A stretch of 64,000 bases of DNA from a virus (IMGVR_UViG_3300035670_000017:850-64849), one strand, 5' to 3'; shown: positions 48,625 through 58,087, numbered from the stretch's first letter. Program-made: numbers and translations. The notes: a model not told the origin generated them from the letters alone.

Positions 48625-49683
48625 ATGAGCAATCGTGAACGCCCTGGTCGTCGTGAACGCAAGGCCAGCAAGCCTGAGCAGGAAAACAACCACAACACAC
48701 AGCACACTGGTGACGATAAGCCAACTGGTCTTATCTATCCTGAGATCATGGATGAGCTGAAAGCTTTCTATGAATCTAACCCAGCGTATCATCTCGACAC
48801 GCTGCCCATCATCTACCGTACTGCTCAACACCAGGACGATATCGATGAAGCCCTGACTCGAATGATTTGTTTGACTGAGGAAATCTATTCCGCTACAAAC
48901 AAAGAAGTCGAAGTGTTGCGCAGCCTGCAAAACGGTCGCGTGATCGTAACTTACATCGGTCTGAAAGACCGCGTTGTCAAACAAACTCCTCGTAAGGAAA
49001 ACACCATGCCCGATCAAAACCAAACTCCTGCTTCCGAAGAACCCAAGAAGCCAGAGGCCCAGGCCCAAGCCACTGAAGCTGAGCAAAAGCCTGCTGAAGA
49101 AAAGGAGCCAGTTAAATCTGACTTCGATGTTCTGTGGGACAAGATGGCAGAAGCCTGTGAAAAGGACGGTCTGCCTGATATGAACCTTGTGGAGTACACG
49201 GATAGCTCCATCCTGAATCAGATCAATAATCTGATTCTGGGCGGTGATCCTAAGGGTCGTCATTTCGCTCGCGGCGAGCACCGTATGGCTAACATCATCG
49301 CCACCATCAGCGATCCCGCTTTGGTGAACATGATTCCATACATCCACCATGTGGGTGCGATGACTGATCCAGAGTACTACGACAAGGACTACACCAAGGC
49401 CACGCTGCGGTACGACTTCGGTAAGTATGGCGTGATCACCTTCATCGCTGAACGGTACGACCCCCTGCGTCACCCATCACGCTTCAGCAATTACGCCAGT
49501 GTGATGCGTGTGGTCAAGGAAGGTGAAATGGCTGACAATCTGCTGACCAAGCCAGAACACAAGCCATCGTTCATCTTTGATCACCGGGTGTACGCCGCCA
49601 TCATCAATCGTGTTCACTTGGCTCACTGGGCATTCAAGTACGTGATGAACCAAGAAAAGCAAACTGCCGAGCAACCTAAGTAA
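48625..49683 (+). CDS. Hypothetical early protein with an in-frame internal start at 49006
   Basis: 352 aa; AAAGGA SD; a second AAGGAAAACACC-ATG at codon 128. Confidence 0.8.
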   Translation: MSNRERPGRRERKASKPEQENNHNTQHTGDDKPTGLIYPEIMDELKAFYESNPAYHLDTLPIIYRTAQHQDDIDEALTRMICLTEEIYSATNKEVEVLRSLQNGRVIVTYIGLKDRVVKQTPRKENTMPDQNQTPASEEPKKPEAQAQATEAEQKPAEEKEPVKSDFDVLWDKMAEACEKDGLPDMNLVEYTDSSILNQINNLILGGDPKGRHFARGEHRMANIIATISDPALVNMIPYIHHVGAMTDPEYYDKDYTKATLRYDFGKYGVITFIAERYDPLRHPSRFSNYASVMRVVKEGEMADNLLTKPEHKPSFIFDHRVYAAIINRVHLAHWAFKYVMNQEKQTAEQPK

Positions 49684-49690
49684 TGGAAAA

Positions 49691-49718
49691 GCCACAGGAG
49701 ATGTAAATCTCCTGTGGC
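49691..49718 (+). terminator. Hairpin
   Basis: GCCACAGGAGAT/ATCTCCTGTGGC 12-bp stem. Confidence 0.6.
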
Positions 49719-49770
49719 TAATCCTTCAATTACTTTTAGACAAATACCCTCTAGTGAAAAGGAAAACAAA

Positions 49771-50841
49771 ATGATTCTCGACTCCTCCAATGGTATTCAG
49801 GGAAAAATCAAGACTGATCTCGAAAAAGAACGAGTGATCCTCCCTGAAGAAACAACCAACACCGCTAATGAGCCCAAAAAGCCAGTCAGCTGTGTGGTGG
49901 TCTATTCCTTTGACTCCATCAGTTCGATCATGGCAGCTGGGCTTTTGCTGGGTATCGTTGAAACCCATACGAATACATCGGGTCAAAAGCTGGATGTGAA
50001 GTTCGTCGAAGTGGGTGCTCTGAATATTCAGAAGATGCCGGATGAGTTCATCTGGCTGGGCGTGGAACCTGCTGAACAATGCTCGGATGCTTCCATCCGA
50101 ACCAAATTCAACCGCCACGAGCACATCGTCATTAACGATGATAGTCTGTGGCAGTTCCCGAACACCAAGTTCGTTCAGCAACTGGCGACGTTTGCACAAA
50201 GCAATCTGCTGCAGATCAAGACAGTCACCTCCAATGATCAAATCGCTTTTAGTCGCGAACCTGAATCGGCGCTGTACTACGGAATGCTTTTGTCAGCCAT
50301 CAATGCCTTGACAAAAATCTATCCTGATACATCCTTCGATTCGCTAGCTTCTGAGATCGGTGTGATTTCCGGCTTCCAAAAGCGTTGCGCTCAGTTCTAT
50401 GATCGCCAAGCTCCTATTCACCGGGTCTTGGAGACGTACATGATCGTCAACAACCTGTTGGTGGATCTGGGTCAACCCGGTATCCGTATTCCAACGGACA
50501 TTTCTATCGAAGCTTTGAGTGAGCACTACAAAGCCCGGTACGACTTGACTGCCAAGCAAATCACCAACCAGGCAACCACTCGCTATGTCCAACTGACTAA
50601 GCAAGTGTTCAAAGACCGTGCTCCTTACAAGGGAAACACGGGTGTGACAGTGCCGGTGATCTGCACGTTCCTCAGCCAGGACTTCTGGTTGGCTCGTCGG
50701 ATCATCAATTTCAGTCAGAAGTATTACCACAATACTCGACTGGTTTCCTATGGCAAGCATCAGACTACCAATCTGTTGCAAACCTCGGTGGCTGACATGG
50801 CTGGTCAAAGCGACAACGCCATCATCATCAATAAATCCTAA
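49771..50841 (+). CDS. Hypothetical protein
   Basis: AAGGA SD before ATG 49771; alpha/beta N-terminal region. Confidence 0.8.
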   Translation: MILDSSNGIQGKIKTDLEKERVILPEETTNTANEPKKPVSCVVVYSFDSISSIMAAGLLLGIVETHTNTSGQKLDVKFVEVGALNIQKMPDEFIWLGVEPAEQCSDASIRTKFNRHEHIVINDDSLWQFPNTKFVQQLATFAQSNLLQIKTVTSNDQIAFSREPESALYYGMLLSAINALTKIYPDTSFDSLASEIGVISGFQKRCAQFYDRQAPIHRVLETYMIVNNLLVDLGQPGIRIPTDISIEALSEHYKARYDLTAKQITNQATTRYVQLTKQVFKDRAPYKGNTGVTVPVICTFLSQDFWLARRIINFSQKYYHNTRLVSYGKHQTTNLLQTSVADMAGQSDNAIIINKS

Positions 50842-50851
50842 GGACTTTCTG

Positions 50852-51157
50852 ATGGGTAAAATACCTAACAAACCCGCAAAGGGAGAATCCCTGTATTATC
50901 TGGGGTACTTCCCGAACATGCAATTTCTTCAGCGTGTCATCCGTGGAAGAAATTACAGCGATGAATATTTCGCTGTGGTGGATGGTGAGATCGTTCTCAT
51001 TTACAATATCCAGCCTGATCCGGGATGGTTGGAGACGGACATGGTCTCTTATCGAAACAAACAGGGTATGCTGATTGATAAGGATACTTATTATCAGGCG
51101 GCAGCTACAGCTGAATTGATTCGTATCGGTATTCTTGAGGCTCCTAAGGAATCTTAA
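50852..51157 (+). CDS. Hypothetical protein
   Basis: TAAGGA SD before ATG 50852. Confidence 0.7.
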   Translation: MGKIPNKPAKGESLYYLGYFPNMQFLQRVIRGRNYSDEYFAVVDGEIVLIYNIQPDPGWLETDMVSYRNKQGMLIDKDTYYQAAATAELIRIGILEAPKES

Positions 51158-51165
51158 ATAACCAG

Positions 51166-51206
51166 CTCTACTCACTCCACGGCTTTTGGCCGTGGAGTGA
51201 GTAGAG
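51166..51206. terminator. Bidirectional terminator
   Basis: CTCTACTCACTCCACGGC/GCCGTGGAGTGAGTAGAG stem with a T tract, between convergent genes. Confidence 0.85.
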
Positions 51207-51219
51207 TGTTTTCTTTTTT

Positions 51220-53367
51220 TTATCGCCTAAACGATTTCTTACGCTGTTGGCGTAGTTTCATGATCAGATCGTCGACTGCAAGGATATCGCGTTCGTTTTC
51301 ACTGAGCATGGATTCATTATGACGAAGTTTATGCTCTAGTCGCAACGCTATCAGAGGATCCTTTTCCTCTTCCAGCTCACGCACTAGGTCATCGATCTCT
51401 TGTTTGATACGGTCTTGCAAGTACTTGTCGTATAGGCTATCTTCCGTCAACTCTTCGTCAAGCGACTTGTTATTAGCCAATACGTCCTTGGGATCAATTC
51501 CGTAGTGGATCAGGTTCTTGGCACTAGTCAGGAACCAGTAAGTCAACAGCCACGCCACCACCGAGTCATCCTTGCCGTCTTTAGGGTGATCGATACGCCC
51601 GTCCCGAACAACCAGGCTCAAGATCTGACTGATGGTTACTGGGTCATGGACAAAGTCTCCAGTGTATTTCACTGCAGCCATAAACACAGATCCATACAAA
51701 CCACTGCGAGAGAACTTACCAGACGCAGAGGTCTTGAAGCCAAAATAGCGGCGATAAGCCGTGACAAACTCCTTAGGCACCTTACCGTTGGTTACGATGT
51801 CTTTGTAGCGTTGCTTGAACTCAGCAGCTTCATCCACTACCAAGTTAAAGATACGCCTGAACGGATCGATGTTGTGTGCTACCAATTCCAAAAGGACGTG
51901 GTCAATGATGGATGAGCCGTTGAGTTTGTTTTCAGGAATCCAGGTAATGTTAGGATACTTGATCAACATATGCGAAATGAACTTAGCCATCACGATAGTG
52001 TTACTGTCATTGATGTTCGCAGCAGCGACCACCTTGCCAGTCTTTACATCCCGGAAGTTCAAAGTCGAGTCATCTCGACCAATATTCTCCGATGGGTCAG
52101 TTGACATGATGACCTTATTGAGAGTCATGAATGTATCGACCTTATTCAAAGGCATTTGCCAACGCAGGATATAAGGCCAAGGATCACACTTTTGACCATA
52201 GTAAACCATCTCAGAGGCACGGATACGCCGAGTGTCTTCCACTGACAAGGGAGAGGCTTGAGAGCCGTCAGTCCAGACGTTACCATAGTCACGGTCAGCT
52301 GCTTCACCTTCAGACTTAGCAGCAGCCATGGCGCGGCGCAGCCAGTCATCGGACTTACCCAACTGGCGGTGGTTGAATGCGCAATGCACTTCAGGACTCA
52401 CAGGAGCTTGACCGTCGGCCCGTGCGGGCATAGCGTGCAAGATTGTCTTTTCCAGATCAGCGCGATCTTTGCAGTCAAGGAAGGCTTCAGTCCAGTCGGC
52501 TGCTTCAGTCACCAGCTTATAAGCGTAGGCGCCATCAGGGTCATCTTTCTTGCCAGCGGTAGTCGAGAAGATAGTACCGTAGAAGATACCGTCTTTCTCA
52601 GCTTGCGTACGTGCATCGTTACCACCGGCGAGCATGGCTGGAATAGAGATGGAGGCATAGCGCAAGAATGCAAATTCGTCAACCAGGTACGAGGGCGCAG
52701 TAAAACCACGACCCACGTTGTTGGCGAACTTTTCCGATGTCGCAGGGATGTGGCCCTTGAAACGATTCTTCGTTGCACCGAAGTGAATCTCTTCTGTGTT
52801 ATTGACGTCACCCTTCTTGTGACCAGACAAGAACCAAGGCAAGTAAGCATCCAATTCACGAAGACGCTCCATATTCTGCTTGCGCAGACCATCATCCTTA
52901 GTCAGCAAGTTCACTAGCTTCTTATAGTAGTGAAGGTTGCACAGGTACAGGGTCAACTGGTCCATGGTCAGAGATTTACCAGTCTGACGAATCTGGATCA
53001 GGTAAGACGTGATGCTATTGAAGAACAACCAGTACACCGACATGTTACCACGGTTAGCCAAGATAGGCTTTGGGTTCTCCAGCGTGTGACCAGGAGCCTT
53101 GGCGATCTCGCGGAAATAGTAAAACGGATTGACTACGCATTCTTCACGGATCATCAGCATCTCATTCATTGTCAACCCTGGGTCATTGGGGTCAATGAAC
53201 TTCAAATCCGGATTGTGCAGCTGTAAGCACCAGGCGTTATTCTTAACACCCATCTTAGCTAACAGATTGGCATACTCGATGAACGAAGTATTGAGTGTGT
53301 TATCATGGATGATCGCGGTGGACTTACTCCAGTCCTGATCAAACAAAATGATTTTATGTTTCGACAT
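51220..53367 (-). CDS. terL: Terminase large subunit (phiKZ gp25-like)
   Basis: Walker A RQTGKS, Walker B LVDE, nuclease DPSENIGRD and DHPKDGKDD; 715 aa. Confidence 0.93.
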   Translation of the reverse strand: MSKHKIILFDQDWSKSTAIIHDNTLNTSFIEYANLLAKMGVKNNAWCLQLHNPDLKFIDPNDPGLTMNEMLMIREECVVNPFYYFREIAKAPGHTLENPKPILANRGNMSVYWLFFNSITSYLIQIRQTGKSLTMDQLTLYLCNLHYYKKLVNLLTKDDGLRKQNMERLRELDAYLPWFLSGHKKGDVNNTEEIHFGATKNRFKGHIPATSEKFANNVGRGFTAPSYLVDEFAFLRYASISIPAMLAGGNDARTQAEKDGIFYGTIFSTTAGKKDDPDGAYAYKLVTEAADWTEAFLDCKDRADLEKTILHAMPARADGQAPVSPEVHCAFNHRQLGKSDDWLRRAMAAAKSEGEAADRDYGNVWTDGSQASPLSVEDTRRIRASEMVYYGQKCDPWPYILRWQMPLNKVDTFMTLNKVIMSTDPSENIGRDDSTLNFRDVKTGKVVAAANINDSNTIVMAKFISHMLIKYPNITWIPENKLNGSSIIDHVLLELVAHNIDPFRRIFNLVVDEAAEFKQRYKDIVTNGKVPKEFVTAYRRYFGFKTSASGKFSRSGLYGSVFMAAVKYTGDFVHDPVTISQILSLVVRDGRIDHPKDGKDDSVVAWLLTYWFLTSAKNLIHYGIDPKDVLANNKSLDEELTEDSLYDKYLQDRIKQEIDDLVRELEEEKDPLIALRLEHKLRHNESMLSENERDILAVDDLIMKLRQQRKKSFRR

Positions 53368-53478
53368 ATAAAGTCCTCTGCACTGACATGGTTATCTAAG
53401 CATACATTTCCATCTCCTAGAGCCCATAAGGCCCTAGGAGATGTCCATGTAATTAGCACTTAGTAAGCCAAGCAGTGT

Positions 53479-54732
53479 TTAGCGACCACGGTCACCAACC
53501 AATACGCGCAAGATGATATACAAGATAACAGCCGAGCGCGTGGCTGATATCAAAGACATGGAAGCCTTCTTGTTATAGGCTTTCAAGAGCTTTTCTCCCT
53601 GCTCTCGAATGCTCAACAATTGCGGATCTACGGAACGCGTGGAAAGATAGAGGTTTTTGAGTGTCACCAAGATGAAAGGCCAATCCTGGCGTCTTCCAAT
53701 CGGGATATTGTGTTCGATGTAGTACATCGACTGCACGATCACATCAGTCATGAACTTATCAACTGCTTTGCTGTACTTCGGATCATGGTAGGATTGCGCC
53801 AACCACGACAAAGTGCCACTGATCATTTTATATGAACTATTTCCATTCATATCGGCAACCACAGTTACCAGATCAGGGTCAATAAACCCAGCAGGATCGT
53901 TCATGAGTTGTCGAGCATAATTAATATGCGCCTCAACTCCCTTGGTCTTTTCACGGATGACAATATCCCCATCCACGTCTTCAATGGTCGCTGTGGTCAC
54001 GGAGATAGACTGGCCGTCTTTGTGTACCTTATCGAACTCATCATAGTAGATTGAGAAGATAGACTTGAAACGCCCTTGGGAGTCCTGGATGATCGACGTA
54101 ACAGCCAAGTCATCGTTGAACAAATACAGGCGTTCGTAGTTCAAACCCTTGGAGCCGTCTTTGCTTACCTTCTCCACGATGCGAGTAGCACGGTAGTCGC
54201 AAAGGTTCTTCCAGGTCTTGAGCTTTTTGATCAAATGCTTTTGGCTCAGATTGGCGTAAGCAGCTTGTGCTACCTTGGGGTCGACTGGATATCGGAAGTA
54301 GTTGTTCGTCAATGCAAAGCAGCAACGATAACAGAATACCAAGGCACAGTCATACGCACCACGCATGCGGTCAGCTTCTGGCAAAGTTGCCGAAGTGTAG
54401 AACCGATGGATCATGTAAAACAGCGTCAGGTTCAAGACGTCACCTGAGATACTGTTGTCATGATAAATGGTGGGGACCTTGCGCAGGTCAGTCTCCAGCG
54501 TAGCGTAGTCGACGTTGATCACTGTGTCAAAGAACTTGCGAATATCCCGAGGGGTAAAGCGCAGGATGTTCACACCCAGTAAGTTACCTCCGAAGAACTG
54601 CATGTGTTCCGAATTCGAAGACGACATAAAGATGTGAAAGCGGTTGACTTCCTTGGCTAAGTTGCGATCGAACTTAACATGGGAGAAGTGCCGGGTAAAG
54701 ACATCATTCAAACTTGCATCCATCGGTATCAC
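53479..54732 (-). CDS. Conserved virion structural protein upstream of the terminase
   Basis: 417 aa; HMQFFGGNLLGV and SQKHLIKKLKTW motifs typical of the phiKZ-family terminase neighbour. Confidence 0.7.
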   Translation of the reverse strand: MIPMDASLNDVFTRHFSHVKFDRNLAKEVNRFHIFMSSSNSEHMQFFGGNLLGVNILRFTPRDIRKFFDTVINVDYATLETDLRKVPTIYHDNSISGDVLNLTLFYMIHRFYTSATLPEADRMRGAYDCALVFCYRCCFALTNNYFRYPVDPKVAQAAYANLSQKHLIKKLKTWKNLCDYRATRIVEKVSKDGSKGLNYERLYLFNDDLAVTSIIQDSQGRFKSIFSIYYDEFDKVHKDGQSISVTTATIEDVDGDIVIREKTKGVEAHINYARQLMNDPAGFIDPDLVTVVADMNGNSSYKMISGTLSWLAQSYHDPKYSKAVDKFMTDVIVQSMYYIEHNIPIGRRQDWPFILVTLKNLYLSTRSVDPQLLSIREQGEKLLKAYNKKASMSLISATRSAVILYIILRVLVGDRGR

Positions 54733-55325
54733 CCTTGCAGATAAGAATGCATCATCGACAGCGCGGAGCGTTCAGTAAAAACAATCTGAACACCTAGTGG
54801 CTGAACACAGCGAATCAGCGATTCCAAAGCAGGCGTTGTGTTGTCTTCGACGATAGCAGCCAAACCCATCTTAGACGACGGATGCTTGATGCGGTGATCG
54901 ATCATTTTCTTGCTGATCTCACCGAGTGCTTGAGACTCCAAGCTATTGACTTTGAACACATAAACATAACCCAGATCGTTGTTGGGTTGCTCGATGCTCG
55001 CCAGACCGTTAGAAACAGCCACAGTGCCCGGAGTAGCATTGGTGTCTACCTCGCTATCCATTACCTCGTCTGCGGCTGCTACGATGGCTCCCATGCTCTC
55101 CAGGGACAACTCTCGATTGAGCAGCTCTGTATACATATGTCCCAGTGGTCCATCCAGCTTGAGCTTAGGTGCTCCAGACTTATCGATAGTGATAGCTCCA
55201 TCAGTAATTTTCTGTGGTTCCATCTGTCCAGTCTTAAGATCTTTCACTTTGGAATACTGTTCACTGGCTTTGACAGTAGAGACAGCCTCAGGCTTAGTAG
55301 CTAGGCTCAAATTAAACGTACTCAT
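54729..55325 (-). CDS. Probable head protein processed by the prohead protease
   Basis: LDGPLGHMYTELLN motif; SLES twice and ALES once. Confidence 0.6.
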   Translation of the reverse strand: MSTFNLSLATKPEAVSTVKASEQYSKVKDLKTGQMEPQKITDGAITIDKSGAPKLKLDGPLGHMYTELLNRELSLESMGAIVAAADEVMDSEVDTNATPGTVAVSNGLASIEQPNNDLGYVYVFKVNSLESQALGEISKKMIDHRIKHPSSKMGLAAIVEDNTTPALESLIRCVQPLGVQIVFTERSALSMMHSYLQG

Positions 55326-55701
55326 GATGGTTTTTCCTTCTTGCAGTTTTATTCTACCAGGTACCCTTGCGGTACAGTCAATGGATAGCATCTAAAAATA
55401 GAGCGTACAAAAGCTTCACCCACACAGCCTGGAATAGGGCTGTGTGAGAAGATGGTCTATGAGAATAAAACATTACGAATATATTCAATGACGTTGTTTA
55501 AAGTAGTAGTATATATACGTTCTTTGTCCAGGGTGTTCTTTCCAGTACTTACCAAGGGTATATACAAGGTTGCTACCGTCTAATCTTCGAAGATATAGAG
55601 AGCGATTAGGTATATAGACAGGTGTACAGGTAGGGTGTCAGTGTGCTATTCACAATATAGTCTCAGCTAGTTTTATTTTCACAAGACGAAAAGTCTTGCC
55701 T

Positions 55702-55736
55702 TTTCTAGAAAAGTTGATACCCGTATACTTTACTTG
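55702..55736 (+). promoter_or_regulatory. Early-type promoter, copy 7
   Basis: TTTCTA-N16-TATACT-TTAC-TTG. Confidence 0.75.
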
Positions 55737-55802
55737 ATGTATCTAACGGAATGCTGTTAAAGGAGTTTTCAAATTACACAATCTTTGTAGATAACATGTA
55801 AA

Positions 55803-55849
55803 GAACCGGCTGCCAGAAATACGTCACTAGGCAGCGTAGGTATTTGTTC
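55803..55849 (+). ncRNA. Candidate pseudoknotted leader RNA
   Basis: GCTGCC(55809-14) pairs with GGCAGC(55830-35); loop AAATAC(55817-22) pairs with GTATTT(55840-45); GAAC/GTTC could close it. Confidence 0.35.
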
Positions 55850-55967
55850 AACCGCGTATAATTTATCCCAGGAGTATTTGCGCACAATATGGAGCCGAGC
55901 GAAAGTTCAAGGATGTTTTAGGATATCCAAAGACTAGATCTGAGCAGGCTCTAAGGAGGTTACTCTC

Positions 55968-56498
55968 ATGTTTTCCCGTATCACCACTACCCTCGTGGGT
56001 ATTCTCTTGATGTTCCTGTCTATGACACAGGTGCACGCCCAGTCGCTTCAAGACGTCATTGATAAGTACTGCCGCAAGGATTGCATCAGTGCTCAGACTC
56101 TGAGCGAAATCACGAACAAGATTGCTCGCTCGTATGGAATAGACCAACGAGCCATCATCGCTATTGTTCACATTGAGTCCAAGTACCACACCAAGGCCAA
56201 GAATGGCTCCAGTGTTGGCTTGTCTCAAGTTCTACTTCGGTACCATAAAGGAAAGTTCCGAGGTAAAAACTTCTTTGACCCAGAAGACAATCTATTTGCA
56301 GGCATGAAAGTCTTTTCAGACTGCCTGAAGAAAACAAAAGGAAACTACAACCGGGCATTCGGTTGCTACAACGGTGGAGGCGATAAGAACTATCGCACCA
56401 AAGCACAATCAGCATACAGAATGGTCAAAGGCTTGGAGTTGCCGTCTTTCAATGACGACCCTCTGTACGAATTCTTGATGAAGAAAAAGGTTATGTGA
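55968..56498 (+). CDS. Lytic transglycosylase (SLT) with N-terminal signal peptide
   Basis: AIVHIES, GLSQV, DPEDNLFAG and AFGCYNGG motifs; hydrophobic N-terminus ending in VHA-Q; AAGGAGG SD. Confidence 0.88.
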   Translation: MFSRITTTLVGILLMFLSMTQVHAQSLQDVIDKYCRKDCISAQTLSEITNKIARSYGIDQRAIIAIVHIESKYHTKAKNGSSVGLSQVLLRYHKGKFRGKNFFDPEDNLFAGMKVFSDCLKKTKGNYNRAFGCYNGGGDKNYRTKAQSAYRMVKGLELPSFNDDPLYEFLMKKKVM

Positions 56499-56499
56499 A

Positions 56500-56850
56500 A
56501 TGAAGGCATACATTTTTAACTTTATCTGCTTTTTGATGTTTCGATCCTTAGCCAAAGAAAAGATCGAGTATCTGAAGGAACAAGCAGATATGAACCGGTG
56601 GTTTGCTACTACCTTCCAGAATGACTTACTGGAGCTAGAGCGCAATGACGACGCAACGCAGCCAGACATGTTGGAGATTGCTGAGCTTCGTTGGAAGTGC
56701 GATGATCTCAATAAGCTGGCCTTTTCCCAAGAGTCGGCCATAGTCTTACTGAAATTGGCTCGAAGTTTCAGAGCGTTCCGAGCTAATCCATCGTTTTGGT
56801 CAATAAGCAAGAAAACGATTGACATGTTCTTGATTGAAAAGAAGTCGTAA
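56500..56850 (+). CDS. Hypothetical protein, hydrophobic N-terminus plus coiled coil
   Basis: 116 aa, starting 2 nt after the SLT stop. Confidence 0.7.
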   Translation: MKAYIFNFICFLMFRSLAKEKIEYLKEQADMNRWFATTFQNDLLELERNDDATQPDMLEIAELRWKCDDLNKLAFSQESAIVLLKLARSFRAFRANPSFWSISKKTIDMFLIEKKS

Positions 56851-56920
56851 TTCAAAGCGATCAAATGGGAGATGGTTACAAACTGTCTCCCGTTTATAAC
56901 TTTCTTTTTGGAGCGCAGCC

Positions 56921-57259
56921 ATGTCGTTTATTGTAGGAGTCATGAATTTCGTCACCACGTTGATGGTGAAGAAGCAAATCCTGAAGAACTCAAAAGTCCT
57001 TTTGGAAAAACGCAACGAGACGTTCAATACGAAACTAGCTGTATTGGACACCAAGATCAAGGATCTAACTGTGGATATCCAAACCCGGATGTCCCAGCCG
57101 TACCGAGAATCTCTGGGCATCAAGACCCATGTAGCGAACGAGCACTATCTGGATCATCTACGTGGACAAGTCCAAGCATTGAGCTTGCAACGCCAGGAGA
57201 TGATCGACGAAGAGCTGAAGTATCAGCGAGAAATCATCAAAACCATCCACCAGGACTGA
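56921..57259 (+). CDS. Hypothetical coiled-coil protein
   Basis: GGAG SD; 112 aa. Confidence 0.7.
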   Translation: MSFIVGVMNFVTTLMVKKQILKNSKVLLEKRNETFNTKLAVLDTKIKDLTVDIQTRMSQPYRESLGIKTHVANEHYLDHLRGQVQALSLQRQEMIDEELKYQREIIKTIHQD

Positions 57260-57260
57260 T

Positions 57261-57629
57261 ATGACAATTGATCGCTTCATCCATCGAGTTCGCTGTTTTC
57301 TCTCTCCCAAGTACCGAGAAGAAAGACGCCAAGCCACAATAGCCTTAATCGAGGACCTCAAAGGTAGTCGACAAAAGCTGATTGAATACATTGAACAGTC
57401 TTTGCTGTTGATGGAGCACTATTATGGACAGATGTGCCGCGCACACCGCCCGGGTGACGATTACTCGAAGATAGAGGCGATCGAAGTCAAGTTAGTGACC
57501 CATCGGCAAATCCTGGAAGACATCAAAACCGGTAAACGAATCCAGCAGGTCGACATCGACAAGCTGAAACAAACCCTTAGCTTGTTAGGACAAATCAATG
57601 AAGCTGCTCGGACAAATAGCCTCGGCTAA
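57261..57629 (+). CDS. Hypothetical coiled-coil protein
   Basis: 122 aa, closely packed with its neighbours. Confidence 0.7.
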   Translation: MTIDRFIHRVRCFLSPKYREERRQATIALIEDLKGSRQKLIEYIEQSLLLMEHYYGQMCRAHRPGDDYSKIEAIEVKLVTHRQILEDIKTGKRIQQVDIDKLKQTLSLLGQINEAARTNSLG

Positions 57630-58080
57630 TAACACCCCTACTTATCTGTACCATGGTTCTGGTTTCAAGCAAACGGAACTCAAGCCAGGATACCAGCACA
57701 CTAAGAAATTAGTGACCTGGGACCGCTATGAGAGTAATGTCTTTTTGTACGCTACCAGTGACAAACAAGAAGCCATTACCCTCGGGATATCCAGTAAGTG
57801 GGAAAAAGAGTGGAAACTCGAATCTACACGCATCGACCATGACAAAAAGACAATTGACCTGGTCTTCGATGGCAAAACTCCTTCCCTTGAAGATCTCTGT
57901 AAAGTCCAGTGCTGGTTGTACACTATTTTGTATAACCCAGAGCAGTGGATAAAAAATCGCAACCCTTATAACGGTATCGACACCGAGTACAAGACGAAGG
58001 ACACAATCAAGGACATTCTTGATGTACAGCAGATAGATGTAGAGGAAGTACTTAAGTCGTACCAAGTCAGCATAAAGTAA
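57598..58080 (+). CDS. Putative ADP-ribosyltransferase-fold protein (H-Y-E clade)
   Basis: YLYHGS, FLYATS and a late EY strand. Confidence 0.5.
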   Translation: MKLLGQIASANNTPTYLYHGSGFKQTELKPGYQHTKKLVTWDRYESNVFLYATSDKQEAITLGISSKWEKEWKLESTRIDHDKKTIDLVFDGKTPSLEDLCKVQCWLYTILYNPEQWIKNRNPYNGIDTEYKTKDTIKDILDVQQIDVEEVLKSYQVSIK

Positions 58081-58087
58081 TGGAGAC

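Noticed and set aside
55803-55849. Pseudoknot as an HDV-like/theta ribozyme or known riboswitch
   Set aside because: No room for P3/L3, no P4 or catalytic J4/2 cytosine segment, no adjacent tRNA, and no match to the riboswitch consensus sequences I know.
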